Of a stretch of DNA of 64,000 nucleotides, positions 1 to 11,005 are shown piece by piece (position 1 is the first letter of the stretch; each line of letters opens with the position of its first letter). This DNA comes from Penicillus capitatus (Eukaryota > Plantae > Chlorophyta): positions 1,460,081 through 1,524,080 of the forward strand of contig OZ287696.1 in the NCBI GenBank assembly GCA_965649825.1. The letters are read 5' to 3'. The notes beneath the pieces are model-generated. The model saw only the letters and a program-made list of their open reading frames with translations. It was not told where the DNA came from and did not search any database. The translations under genes were made by a program, and so were the position numbers.

Positions 1-257
1 GACGCCCGGAACGAAATTTTTCGTCACCAAAGCGTCTTCTTTGCCACGGGCGATAAATATCCCTTCGAAGCGATGGGGCTCTATGATCACTTTGGCTCCG
101 CCCTTCATTCCACCACCGCGTCCCCTTCCTCTCCCGCGGCCGCCACCGCGTCCACCGCCTCGACCTCCTATCGTATGTATCAGAGAACTCAAGGATTTAC
201 GGATCGACAACCACCGCGCCCGTTTCGACCTCCTCGTCCGCGACCACGCGACTGCAT
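1..257 (-). CDS. FBL: Fibrillarin (rRNA 2'-O-methyltransferase), 5' part; runs off the window edge
   Basis: The minus strand reads [15 protein letters not shown], then an intron, then a GAR-rich stretch and [37 protein letters not shown], the conserved fibrillarin N-terminus. Confidence 0.92.
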
Positions 258-377
258 GATGCACTGGGTGAGACAAAACAAGCAGAACAGGATACTCGAT
301 GTGCGTACGACAGTCAATCTTGTTGTACAACGTCCGACGAGAATCGTGTCATCTACAAGGCTATTTATTATCATCTC

Positions 378-1704
378 CTAGCCTCGTGGCGACGGAGGAA
401 GAATGAAATGCGCACAAGGCGTTGCTGGAAGGCCATTCGTCACGACAGAAATCGAGGGAACATGATAAAGCTGACCCAAAACGAACTCGCCATTCACAGC
501 CACCTGCAAATTGTGTGATCCAGATCGCGAGTAGAAGGCATCCGACACAGCTGCAGAAAGATCGTCATTCGGATGCGAGACAAACGACTTCGATTCCTCC
601 ACTGCTATAGACAGAGAAGGAGGCGTCGACGTCAGCAACGGTGATGCACTTGCCACTGAGGGATCTTTTCTCTCTAGAAACAAAGAGATGCTGCCTCTCG
701 AAAGAATGTTGAAGAGCTTACGGCTTGAACACTCGTCTCTGCTATCGTCTTCGACGGTCTGATGCGTCAGACTCTGAGGAACTGTGATTCTCGGTTTAGC
801 TCCTTTGCGGAACTCTGTCAGAGCTGGGTAGATGTTCTCGAACGCCTGATAAATATCTTCCCTTGTCCGTGCGCCGGTCAAGCCAACCTAAATGGCACGT
901 GTTCGAAAGCGGGGTCAGAGAGAGACTGTGAAGCGCGGTACTTTGCCGGAGACAAAGATCAGTAGGACGACTTTCGGCACTTTCATTTTGTAGATCAGCC
1001 CTGGGAAGAGTTCAGGCTCGTAGCGAGAAAAGAGCCTGTGCTTGAAGTTAAGTCCTTCGAGACTGATTGGAAACTGTACGTCGCATGAGCCAACGATATT
1101 CTGAATACGAAAGTTCTGAAAGGTCACATTATATCCTAACTTGGAAACGATCTTGGCAAACTTGCGTGAGGCTAATCGAGAGTCTTGTTCACTTCTTGCT
1201 CCGGTGCACACCATATTCCCTACATCCTTTGAAATTGCTACCGAAGGAGAGAAGAGCGCCGAAGACCTGATGAGAATATGAGGGCCGTCGTCTTAGGTTT
1301 GCGAATGCGCATGATGACAGCGGCTAGACGTTTGGGATTAAACTCCGCATTCCGTGCGTGCTGGGCAATGCGTTTGAGATCCAATGCACATCCCAAAGCA
1401 GAGGTCGAGACAACGTTCTGCATGACAGACCGTTATCGATTTGGCAAAGAGTGAGCGGACTGACATGGAGGACGGGCACAATGCCTGAGGGGTGTATCGA
1501 CAAATCGACTTCAGCAGCGCAGTTCGTCGCAAGAACCGACGATGCTGGCGTTCTCGAATGACATGATGGCGCCACAGGCGTGTTCCTTGAGATGGTCGGA
1601 CACAAAGCAAGCAAACCGGATGTCTCTGTACCCGTCAAATCCGTCAACACGCGTTGATAAGCGCTATCCATCCCGACAGCGACACCTAATCGGATATCTC
1701 CCAT
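378..1704 (-). CDS. TBP: TATA-binding protein, divergent, with C-terminal extension; multi-exon, start codon uncertain
   Basis: Exons encode [135 protein letters not shown]. Confidence 0.9.
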
Positions 1705-2017
1705 CGAACACGGGCGCGCTGGTCGGTACGTGGTACTTGGTTTGACCTGTTAGCACGATGATAAGAAATACCGGCCGGTTCGATTCGAGGACAGGAAGAC
1801 GTTCTCGCTCTTTCGTCGCCCCGCGGTGATGTCTGTGCTTTTTCTAATCGCCGACGAATGGCGCCGCGTCCCAGTCACAGACAACAACAACGCACGACGA
1901 CAAACGACCCGATTTCTCAGGCAAATGTGTCCAATGCCTCGACTCTACGCAAAGGAGATGACGAATGCAAAAGGACCAAACCGTCCGTACGGATGCATCG
2001 GCGAATAACAGTGTTTC

Positions 2018-4261
2018 TCACGCGGAAGTCGCTGATCTCGCAGAGTCCCATGATCGAAAGACGTGGAGACGCGAACAGATGGTCGTCATTGCGTCGGAAG
2101 GACCCTTACTGACGAGCAAACCGTGAACTTCCAAACCGAGGTCGACCTGTACCCTCTCCAAGCTGTCCATAACGGCACGGTCTGGCATCGCCATTTCGCC
2201 GTCGGTGACGATCAGAATATCAGCCTGAGCCCATTCTTTCTTCTGGACACGCTCAATGCTGAGCTCCAGTGCTCTTGTGACATCGGTGCCACCTTCGAAG
2301 GAGTGCTCCAGGAAATCGAGAAGCCGGATGAGAGATGGCTGATCGACAGACAGCTCCAGCTCTCTGATATCTGTAAAACTGCTGAATGCATAGAGATAGC
2401 ATCCTCTGCACTGTCGATGAGCAGAACGGAGACATTCCAAGACCAATGCCTTCGCCACCGTTTCCCGAACTCCCTGATGATTTCATGGAACTCCAAGCAA
2501 ACGGGAAGGTATTGTGTACTCGCATGGATCCAGATGTGTCGAGGCAAACGATGATGGGACCCTGTTCGGCAGCTGGGCGATACTCTAGATGACGCAGCAC
2601 GCGAGATGGCTCGTCTTCCAACCAACCTGGAGCACAGATATGACGGCATCGTTTATGGACATGTGGATCTGCTTTGCCGGACCGGATCGTTCGTAGCTCA
2701 GGAGATTGCGTTCGGCACGCCTGACCAGATGCAACAGCCTCGCGCCTCTGGCCACACGACGATGCTTCTCGTCCTTTCCTTTGTTCTGGTTGCTCTTCGA
2801 CCATCCTTTCGCCATCAGAACGGATTCTGACGGCAACATCCGACTCAAATCTCCTGATCGGCACAGTCCTGACGTCTCTTCTGGTTGAAGCGACGAACGG
2901 ATGACGCCAGGTGGACATCCCGTCTTCGAAACCTATGGCTGTCGTTATCCACAGAAAGTGTATCTGGTGATTGGATGCTTGTCATGCCTGTGCTGGTGCT
3001 TTGCGTTTTGGTCCACGTCCTCCGGAACGTCCGAGATCGCGAACAAGATCGCGCAGCTCTTTTAGATCTTCCAGTTTACGACGCAGTCGTTCCATTTCTT
3101 GCCATCCACTGCGTTTCCAGACACCACTGGACTGATCAAATCCCTTCTCTTCATCTAAGAGCTCATCCAGATCCTGAAAAGCGTTCTTCGCCTTTTGCAG
3201 GCTGTCCATCACGGGAGTCATTTCCTCTTCAAACTTTGAAACAATATCTTCCGCCACGCTCTCCATGTCTGCTCTCCGTTTCTCCAACTGCTCGTCGTTA
3301 GGTCGAGATTCATTGGACTCAAGTTCGACATCGAATGATGATCGATTTTCGTCTCCTTCTTCTTGACCTTCTGTACCCTATAGATTCAACCGTGCACAAA
3401 GCGATCTGTTTATGTACGGTTAGGTATACTTGTGATCTTTGTGCCTGTCCATTGGATGGGTTTTCCGATGATGATTGCGGGTCGGAAATGCTGTTTTGTG
3501 TGGAATCGATCGGACTCTTCGGTGGTGGTGTTTTGGATGCATTCTCGTTCTCCTTCTCCAACATCGCCGCTTCGAATTCGTGTGCGAGTTCGACCATCTG
3601 TCTGAGAAGAGAGTTTAGGAGTTTCGGATACCTTCTCGTGAAATTGAGCATCTCAATCTTCTGCAACGTTTCCTAAGTTTTCCATTCCGTGTTTCATTTT
3701 TCGCCTTTCAAGGTGCAGCATACAGAGAACTTGATTGAGAAAGGCTCAGCTGGCCATGTAATCTCGTCTGCATGTGGTAGAAGTCTGTCAAACAAACAGA
3801 AATGATGTCTCTAAGCCGCCATGCAGGTTTAAGCGTGCCCTTTCTCCAGTGCATGTTTCCATTTCGCCAGGCTCGCGACACGTGTTGCATAATGAAAGTA
3901 GTCGTTCGTTCCTGGCAAATCACGAATCTGCTGAAGAAGATCATCACCCAACTCCCTTTCAAATCCCACACCAAAGGCACTACGCCAGTGTGACCATCCA
4001 GCTGCCAAGTGTTGTCACTTGCTTGTCATAAAGAAGTTTCTCAAATGGGGTATGCGATTCATCCTGGTGTCGATCATTTGACGACCCGCTTCCTTCGGCG
4101 TTCCACAGGTGACATGTGATACCGAGATCGCGCACAGGCAGATCGCGTCGTCGTCGTTGTTTCAGCCTTGGCCATTCCCGTATCCTTGTTAGATGTCCGT
4201 AGCTGATATGTCGTGGTGGGAAGGGAGAAGTTAGCGGTACCGGGCACCGAATACGTGTCAT
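2018..4261 (-). CDS. VWA-domain protein (ViaA/CoxE-like), multi-exon, possible organellar transit peptide
   Basis: MIDAS motif PIIVCLDTSGSM, plus GGTD and ILIVTDGE in the C-terminal exons, an upstream helical region and an Arg-rich N-terminus. Confidence 0.7.
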
Positions 4262-4306
4262 TTGTCATCATCATCAAAGCGACCGTCGATTTCGCTTAAA
4301 GGAAAG

Positions 4307-5190
4307 ATGGCGACGCAGATCCGAGAGTTCAGCGGTCTCAAAGCCACCGGCGTAAAGCACATCTTCGTCCGCAGCTGCGTGACTGTCTTTCTCGTGTAGA
4401 TCGCCTCACCTGTGCACAGGAATGGCCTCCTGTCCGTGAACCCTAGCTACACAACCCGAACCAAAAGAACGCCCTTCGTTGTGCAGTCCTTCAAGAAGGC
4501 ACGCAAAAAGAAACAGGTGCGACGTGTCTTTGTACGGAAGACAGACCACTGAGGCGACTGTTTGACACAGCTGGTGCTGCTGGAAGACGTAGACAAGCTT
4601 GGAAAGAAAGGAGAGCTTGTGACAGTGGCGGCGGGCTACTGGCGCAATTACTTGGCGCCATTTCGCAAAGCCAAAGCAGCGACTCCCGATATCTTGGCGT
4701 CCGTCTTCTATCGACATCTCGACCACATGATCCATCTGTTCTGCTTAGTGCCATCCAAGCAGAGAAAGACGAAGAAGAGCGCCGCGTTACTGAGGCATGT
4801 CCCTCTCTTTTACCATGCACAAACAAACACCCTGTCTGTTCAGATCAAAAACCAAGCAAAGCGATTGGCCGTGGCATTGAAGACGATCGGAAAGTTCATT
4901 ATCAAGAAAAAGGCTGGCGAAGGCGACACGATTTTTGGCAGGTCTGTTTTTGACAGGGTTAGACTATCCGCGAAGGCAGTTGATCTTGTGTTCTGTTCAG
5001 TGTGACGTCGATGGACGTCGTCAATGCGGTATATCAACAAACAGGCCAGACGCTGGAGAAACGCGACCTGCAGATGCCCCCGATGCGTACTCTCGGTTCC
5101 TACAACGTATCGATCCGACTGCACCCCGAAGTCGTCGGCACTTTCAAAGTGATCGTCGCCCAAGAGAAGAATGTATCTGGACGCAAATGA
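4307..5190 (+). CDS. RPL9: Plastid 50S ribosomal protein L9, multi-exon
   Basis: [30 protein letters not shown] (L9 N-domain) and IFG/SVTSMDV...[22 protein letters not shown] (C-domain), with a transit-peptide-like N-terminus. One intron is GC-AG (4795-4843). Confidence 0.9.
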
Positions 5191-5259
5191 AAAGACAGCT
5201 CCGTTCTTTCCCGCCAAATCACCTGCCCTATTGCCGTTCTTCGCGTTTGTAACGCAACG

Positions 5260-5703
5260 ATGTTTGATATACGTCGTGCAGGTCAAATCTGTCTCGCAGC
5301 GTCAACGTTGTGTTTTGCCTTATCCATTCTCTTTCTCTCTCTCGATTTTCGTCCTGGATGTTCGTGCACCGACTGGGAGGTCTGTTGTATGAAGAACGTC
5401 GATATCTGCGGAGAAGAAAAGTGCCTGTGCGAAGACGTTCTGCTCTACCGCGAAGACGAAGGCGATGAGGATACCTCTTATTGTGCAAACCAGACCGTGA
5501 TACCTTCCCTCTCGCCCGCATTCTGGCTCGGCTACGCATTTGTTGTGCTGTTTGTATTGCTTCTGAAAGCTGGAATTGCTTTTCATATTGTCGCCTGCTG
5601 TCAAGCTGGTCAGGTGACGCGTCCCGTTTATGCCGTTACTGTGACACCAATGTCCAAGAAGCCTGGAGTCAAGGACGGAGAAAAGAATTCTCTTTTGATT
5701 TGA
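5260..5703 (+). CDS. Small membrane protein with 8-Cys ectodomain (orphan family member 1)
   Basis: Single-exon 147 aa ORF: hydrophobic N-terminus, CxC-x5-CC-x6-C-x4-CxC-x17-C, TM helix, short tail. Confidence 0.65.
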   Translation: MFDIRRAGQICLAASTLCFALSILFLSLDFRPGCSCTDWEVCCMKNVDICGEEKCLCEDVLLYREDEGDEDTSYCANQTVIPSLSPAFWLGYAFVVLFVLLLKAGIAFHIVACCQAGQVTRPVYAVTVTPMSKKPGVKDGEKNSLLI

Positions 5704-6501
5704 AGATTTGGGGAGTAGAAGGATGGTTGGTATTGGGTTAACAAATTTGTCGCCGTCATGCCCATTAAGTCTTGCTAAGCTCAATTCTGGACTCCTATCC
5801 ACAAGGGTCTAATGACAGGCATTCACGTTGTGTTGACAAGAGTTTCTTTGCGGATGATGTTTATGTTTGTAAGGAATAATGGTCGGTGGCAGAGACGATG
5901 GTCGAACGCACCGATGATGTGACGTTCCGATGTGGAAGCGGCGTCGATGGTGGGAGACAGCATTTTGCCTGGAGAAGGTCTCTAACATCTCCTTCTCTGT
6001 GTTTTTTTCCGGCTTCTGCATCTTCTGCCTAGAAGTCACCAAGAACTGCATCTATGCTGATTCGTGGCTCTTCTCGCCGAGGCGGATACTAATAACGACG
6101 ATACAGTATATATACAAGCTCGTCGTCACATAATTCGCCTTTTCAATGCTGTCAGCTACAGAATGTGAGGCTAAGAGTAAAGCGACCGGCATTCTAGAAG
6201 GTGCGAAGGATTTCGGACCACGTCATTGTCGTGGCCATCATTCCGAGGATTCCACGCAAACCAAAACGATTCCACTGATGCTCTTCTCGTGCTGTCTGCG
6301 TGGATGCTCCGTGCCTGGTCAAACATGGCATCCGGAGGAATCCTTCCGTTTGCTGATCTTGCTTAAGGGTCGTTACAAGATCATAACATTTACTGTGCCG
6401 CGTCACTTAACCAATCATCCATTATTTTCGCGGCCTAGCCAAGTGGTTGGTCTTTCTCCATCCATCATTCCTTTGCGCAGAAGCTCGTTTTCTCGCTGGA
6501 A

Positions 6502-6963
6502 ATGCCGACCATCTGCGGCGAAGATGTTCATTCTCCAGCGGGGTTCTCAAGACTCTTGGCCTTGATTTCTCTGCTTTTTCTCGTTGTCGTCGCAGTGCTT
6601 CCTGTAGCGGGTCCTACCAAGAAAGCCGACTGCGAGTGCAGCAAAGAGGAATGTTGCAGGGAAGACGAAAGCACGTCAGACTGCAGCAAAGACCAGTGTC
6701 TCTGCCAAACGGCATCCTACATAGACTCGCCGACAAAGAAATTCTGCAAGGACAAAGAAACCGTGCCCACCGTTGCCACTCTGGTCGCATTCGCAGCCTG
6801 CTGCTTCCTTGGCTTCGGTTCCTTTATCGCTTGCTCCCTTGTTGGCTGCTACAGTTTGCTGTCGCGGAGCAGAAGACTGGAGACTGTTCAGGGATCTGTA
6901 CCGATCGTCATCGTCCCTGCCGAACATCCACATGTTCTTTGCGCAGAGATGGCTCGAACATGA
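6502..6963 (+). CDS. Small membrane protein with 8-Cys ectodomain (orphan family member 2)
   Basis: Single-exon 153 aa ORF: hydrophobic segment, CxC-x4-CC-x8-C-x4-CxC-x13-C, TM helix, tail. Confidence 0.65.
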   Translation: MPTICGEDVHSPAGFSRLLALISLLFLVVVAVLPVAGPTKKADCECSKEECCREDESTSDCSKDQCLCQTASYIDSPTKKFCKDKETVPTVATLVAFAACCFLGFGSFIACSLVGCYSLLSRSRRLETVQGSVPIVIVPAEHPHVLCAEMART

Positions 6964-8087
6964 CTGATTATTCGCCTAGGACGCAATCACACATGATGTG
7001 AACGAGGCTCCTGGTGCCTATCGAATAAAACAATGATTCATTGAAATGTATGAAATTGATGCACACATTGTGGGTTCCACGAACAAGAAGCAATTTTTGA
7101 AGTAGCGGATCCTCCCGGTCACCTCTCGGTAACCTTCACTACGTGTAATCCTTGCAACGTCGTTACCTAGCGGCTTCAAAGATTGCCTCATAGACAGCGT
7201 GATCGTTCTCTCTCTCCACCTAGCAAGTGGACTGACTGACTGCTTTGTAATGAACAGTCATTCTGGAAAATGGTGAAAAGACGTTTGCATTCATGTGTGG
7301 CCGAGCGCATCCGTCAAAGACAAAGACAGTAGAGAAGTTCTATCTGTCTGCAGAGGGAGGCGTTGGCACAGGGTGGTCAACGCTGAACAGTCAGTCAGCG
7401 TCGCAGAAACATGACTATGTCAACGTTGATTAGAGGCCCCAGGGAATTCCAGTCAAGAATTCGTGCGATTGACGGCGAAGCGCTGCAGACGTCGCGAATG
7501 TTTGATTCCCTCCAAACTGCATTCAGCCGACTGAACACGAACATAAACGTGCTGGACCACATGTAAATCATGTCAAAATACAAAAGGCTGACTGTCTTTT
7601 GTTGATTTGTGTAATCGACTCGGCTCACTGCATTTGGCCTTAGATGCCGACTTCAGTGATGTCGACAGCAACGACGATACTGCTAATGACGGCAGCAATG
7701 ACGATCTTGTCGACATTGGAAGCATGGCGACCTCGGCCGTGACAGCAGAGAAAATGATGGGACGGCCGAAGGCGAAAGCGTACCTGCGAATGACTGACAA
7801 AGGCGGCGGGCTTCGCGAGACAAACCAGCAAGCTGCGTTCTGATTGGCGACGCACATGAGGCTTTGACGCGATTGGCGTTTGACCACGTCTTTTGATGCA
7901 TTTTGCATCATCGGACAACTAACAATAAACCCCATCCCATCAATGTGGCGTTTCACTTGTAACGTGCTTTCCGTCATCAACAAACACGGAACTTCTCCCC
8001 CATACCCATGAACTTGCCATCCACCCTCATGCGAACAAAGTCTTACAAACCGTTATCGCGAGAGGAACACGCCCACAGCGCCTTGCT

Positions 8088-10202
8088 ATGGTGTGGCCTC
8101 TCAGAGACCATTTGGCAGACCTCCTGATTCACGACCGCGGACACTACTATGTGCTCGCCGCACTGCGAAGCCTCGAAAGTCACGACGCATCCGTGCTTCT
8201 GACTTTCTTGGCAAACAAAGTCGACGAGATGATAGAAGTTGACGCCGGCTACGGCATCAAGAGCCTTCTGTTGATTATTGAGTACTTCCCCATCACACAC
8301 TTGGGTTTCGTCCTCGATACCATCGTCAATGATGCTCTCGCCTATGCTTGCAAAAAGCGAGGGTTTCAAATCATTGAGAAGCTTCTCATGAAAGGCGAAG
8401 AAGTCTACGACCATACGTGGTTTCTGCTGAATGAGCTGATCATGAACCACGACAGAATCGTGATACTGTGCTGCGACCCGCTCGGGTGCCGCACGCTCAC
8501 GGCGTTTCTCGCAATGGGCAGCGCCGGTCAAAAGTTTCACATGGTCGATCGTCTTATGCCATACGTAGCACCCTTTTCATGCAGTCCCTCTGGCAGCTAC
8601 GTAGCCGAAGGCATCGTTCGCGCAACATTACCAGAACGACAATTTCAACTGACGTTCGCTATTGTGCGAGCTGAACCAGAATTCGGCTACAGCCATCCCC
8701 TCGTCATGATGGCTGACATTCCATGCGCAAACTTCGTGATTGAGTGCATGCTTGAAGTCTACCAAGGCGATGCGCTTTACCACTTGCGTGTTGTCCTTAA
8801 CTCCATCAGAGACCGTATTCTTGCATCGGAAGTCGGTTCCATTCTGTGGCAACGCCTTGCGAACCGTTTCACGATGCCTGAGACGAATGAAATTCCTTAT
8901 GTCCCACCACCTCCCGTTCCAGCTGAGATGGGAGTCAATGTCCTTCCTTTTGTCCCACCCAACATCTTCCCGGTCAGGGCTCGTGGCGAAAGAGAGCCCT
9001 TGCGAATCCGACCTGATTTCCCGAGTGTCGCGGAACAGGACGTCCGCGTCTACATGCGTGGAAATCTTGCCTACGTGGAAGACCCCCTTGTGCAATGGTT
9101 CAATGTCATGACTATCCGAGCCGATTCGTCGGACTACAGATTGTCAGCATTCAGGGGTCACTTTTTGGCTCTCGCACTCGATAGGTCCGGGGGCCAATTC
9201 ATCCAGGGCAGACTGAATCCCGAAGTCGAGGGTAACCCTAACCTTGGCTTAGCCACATACGAAGAAATCAGTGACGTCATCAACGAGATCCTTCCCTATT
9301 TTTATCTGTGTTGCAAGAACCTCTACGCAACGCATGTCGTACAGGAGCTGTTCAAGTGTGGGCCCGAGGGCCTGCGCATGGCAATGTTCGAGAACCTCCT
9401 GCCAATCATGCGTCATTTCATTCGTGCAGAGAACGCATGTCATGTTGTCGCTGCTGCTATGAGATCGTGCAGCGATGACTGTGCTTGGCACATCGTTGAT
9501 CATCTTGTGTCCAATGTCCTATCTGGAGTGAAAAATAAGTACAATGCGGTTGTGCTGAGAGCGGCCGTCGAGCTCTATGGCCTCGGCGAATTGCCGTTCA
9601 TCGGAAATACGGTCGTCGAGAACATCGTCGATATAGCCTGCCACAAAACAGGTGGACCATTCGTGCAGTTCTTGCTCGACCTTCCGACAGCAGACCCTGA
9701 GTCCTTGGCGGCGAAGCAAGCAATAATGTCGGCTTTGACTTTCAATGCCGCCGGACTCGTACCCATCATTCGTGATAGATCTGGCAACTATACCATTCAA
9801 AAGATCCTTGCCTACGGGAACGCAGAAATGCGTACCCATGTCTTCCAGGCTGTCAGGGATGATTCCTTCGCAGACCTCTCTGACCTGCCCACTAGCACTG
9901 TTGTTATGCAGAAGCTGTTCGAAACAATAACAGAGGAACAGCAACTCGCCCTCGTGCAGGACTTGGCAAATGCGCCTGTCTTGGAGGAACCCTTCATGCT
10001 TGGAGACGTTCCTCTCGCCAACTGCCCTTTCGTTCGTATGGCCAGTGGCGTGTTCTCCAGACACGTCGTCGCCATTATGTGCGGACATAGCATTGGTGCT
10101 GCACGCGAAGCGCTTGCTGCTTTGATTGGACAGCATAACGACGACCTTCAGCGCACCCTCTCTGCTGAAGTTGTCGCCGATTTTCTGGCAAACCTCAATT
10201 GA
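8088..10202 (+). CDS. Divergent Pumilio/PUF-repeat protein with two repeat modules, intronless
   Basis: 704 aa ORF with ~36 aa helical repeats such as IIRDRSGNYTIQKIL, CKNLYATHVVQELF, CCDPLGCRTL and ADIPCANFVIECML, in two blocks separated by a Pro-rich linker. Confidence 0.7.
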   Translation: MVWPLRDHLADLLIHDRGHYYVLAALRSLESHDASVLLTFLANKVDEMIEVDAGYGIKSLLLIIEYFPITHLGFVLDTIVNDALAYACKKRGFQIIEKLLMKGEEVYDHTWFLLNELIMNHDRIVILCCDPLGCRTLTAFLAMGSAGQKFHMVDRLMPYVAPFSCSPSGSYVAEGIVRATLPERQFQLTFAIVRAEPEFGYSHPLVMMADIPCANFVIECMLEVYQGDALYHLRVVLNSIRDRILASEVGSILWQRLANRFTMPETNEIPYVPPPPVPAEMGVNVLPFVPPNIFPVRARGEREPLRIRPDFPSVAEQDVRVYMRGNLAYVEDPLVQWFNVMTIRADSSDYRLSAFRGHFLALALDRSGGQFIQGRLNPEVEGNPNLGLATYEEISDVINEILPYFYLCCKNLYATHVVQELFKCGPEGLRMAMFENLLPIMRHFIRAENACHVVAAAMRSCSDDCAWHIVDHLVSNVLSGVKNKYNAVVLRAAVELYGLGELPFIGNTVVENIVDIACHKTGGPFVQFLLDLPTADPESLAAKQAIMSALTFNAAGLVPIIRDRSGNYTIQKILAYGNAEMRTHVFQAVRDDSFADLSDLPTSTVVMQKLFETITEEQQLALVQDLANAPVLEEPFMLGDVPLANCPFVRMASGVFSRHVVAIMCGHSIGAAREALAALIGQHNDDLQRTLSAEVVADFLANLN

Positions 10203-10343
10203 ATTCGTATCCATCCATGAGCATTTTTCGGTACCGCTGGTTCATTCAACTGCCGCAATCCGTGGCAGCAGCCATCCCTATCTGGTGAGCATGACGTGAC
10301 GGACACAAAGGCTTCCGCCGTACAGCGTGCCTCGTGCGCAAGA

Positions 10344-10745
10344 ATGAAGCGGATCACCGTCGCTCTTTGCTTGAGTCCGTTGTCATTGTTCTTCGCATTC
10401 CTTTGTGGCATTGCCGGACGACAGACAGAAAAGGACAAGTGCACGTGTTCCGAAATCTGGTGCTGTCGAGTGGCCACGCGCGAAGAGTGTCCCTCGGCTC
10501 GGTGTTTCTGTGAAGACCGTCAGAGCGAAGACGGACATACCAGCTGTTCTGACGGAGAACCAGAGTGGATTGGCTATATCTTAACCGGATTCCGTATCAG
10601 CTTGGCTGTATTCTGCCTGTCCACTTTTGCTATTGTTTTCTATTATTTTTGGCGGGGATTCGCCAAACGTCGAACTTCAGCTAAATCGAAGCACAGTGAG
10701 ATGGGAACGAGCGAACTTAGACTCTTTTCTCACAGTGACCCGTGA
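10344..10745 (+). CDS. Small membrane protein with 8-Cys ectodomain (orphan family member 3)
   Basis: First ATG at 10344 (MKRITVALCLSPLSLFFAFLCGIAG, signal-like), then CxC-x4-CC-x7-C-x4-CxC-x11-C, a TM helix and a basic tail. Confidence 0.65.
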   Translation: MKRITVALCLSPLSLFFAFLCGIAGRQTEKDKCTCSEIWCCRVATREECPSARCFCEDRQSEDGHTSCSDGEPEWIGYILTGFRISLAVFCLSTFAIVFYYFWRGFAKRRTSAKSKHSEMGTSELRLFSHSDP

Positions 10746-11005
10746 TGCTTCGCGGTGGAACGTTTGCGAGGAGGGTCTCGCTAATTGGCTCCATTTACCT
10801 GCTTCCGGCAGCAAAGCACTTTTCTTCTCCTCAATTGTGCTTAGGAAGCCTTATCTGGCGCATGTCACCAGTGGCAAAGTACACCTCAGCGATTGGAGAA
10901 GCATTGACTTGATATTCGGAACTGCAGGATATTTATTCCGTGTAACTGATAGTGTTAAGGTGATTCTGCGGATGCAGTCTTCCTGTTAAGAGTGCTTATT
11001 CCGTG

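Noticed and set aside
4795-4843. GC-AG intron suggesting unusual splicing in this genome
   Set aside because: Only one clear case was found; the other introns I traced are GT-AG, so it is not a pattern.
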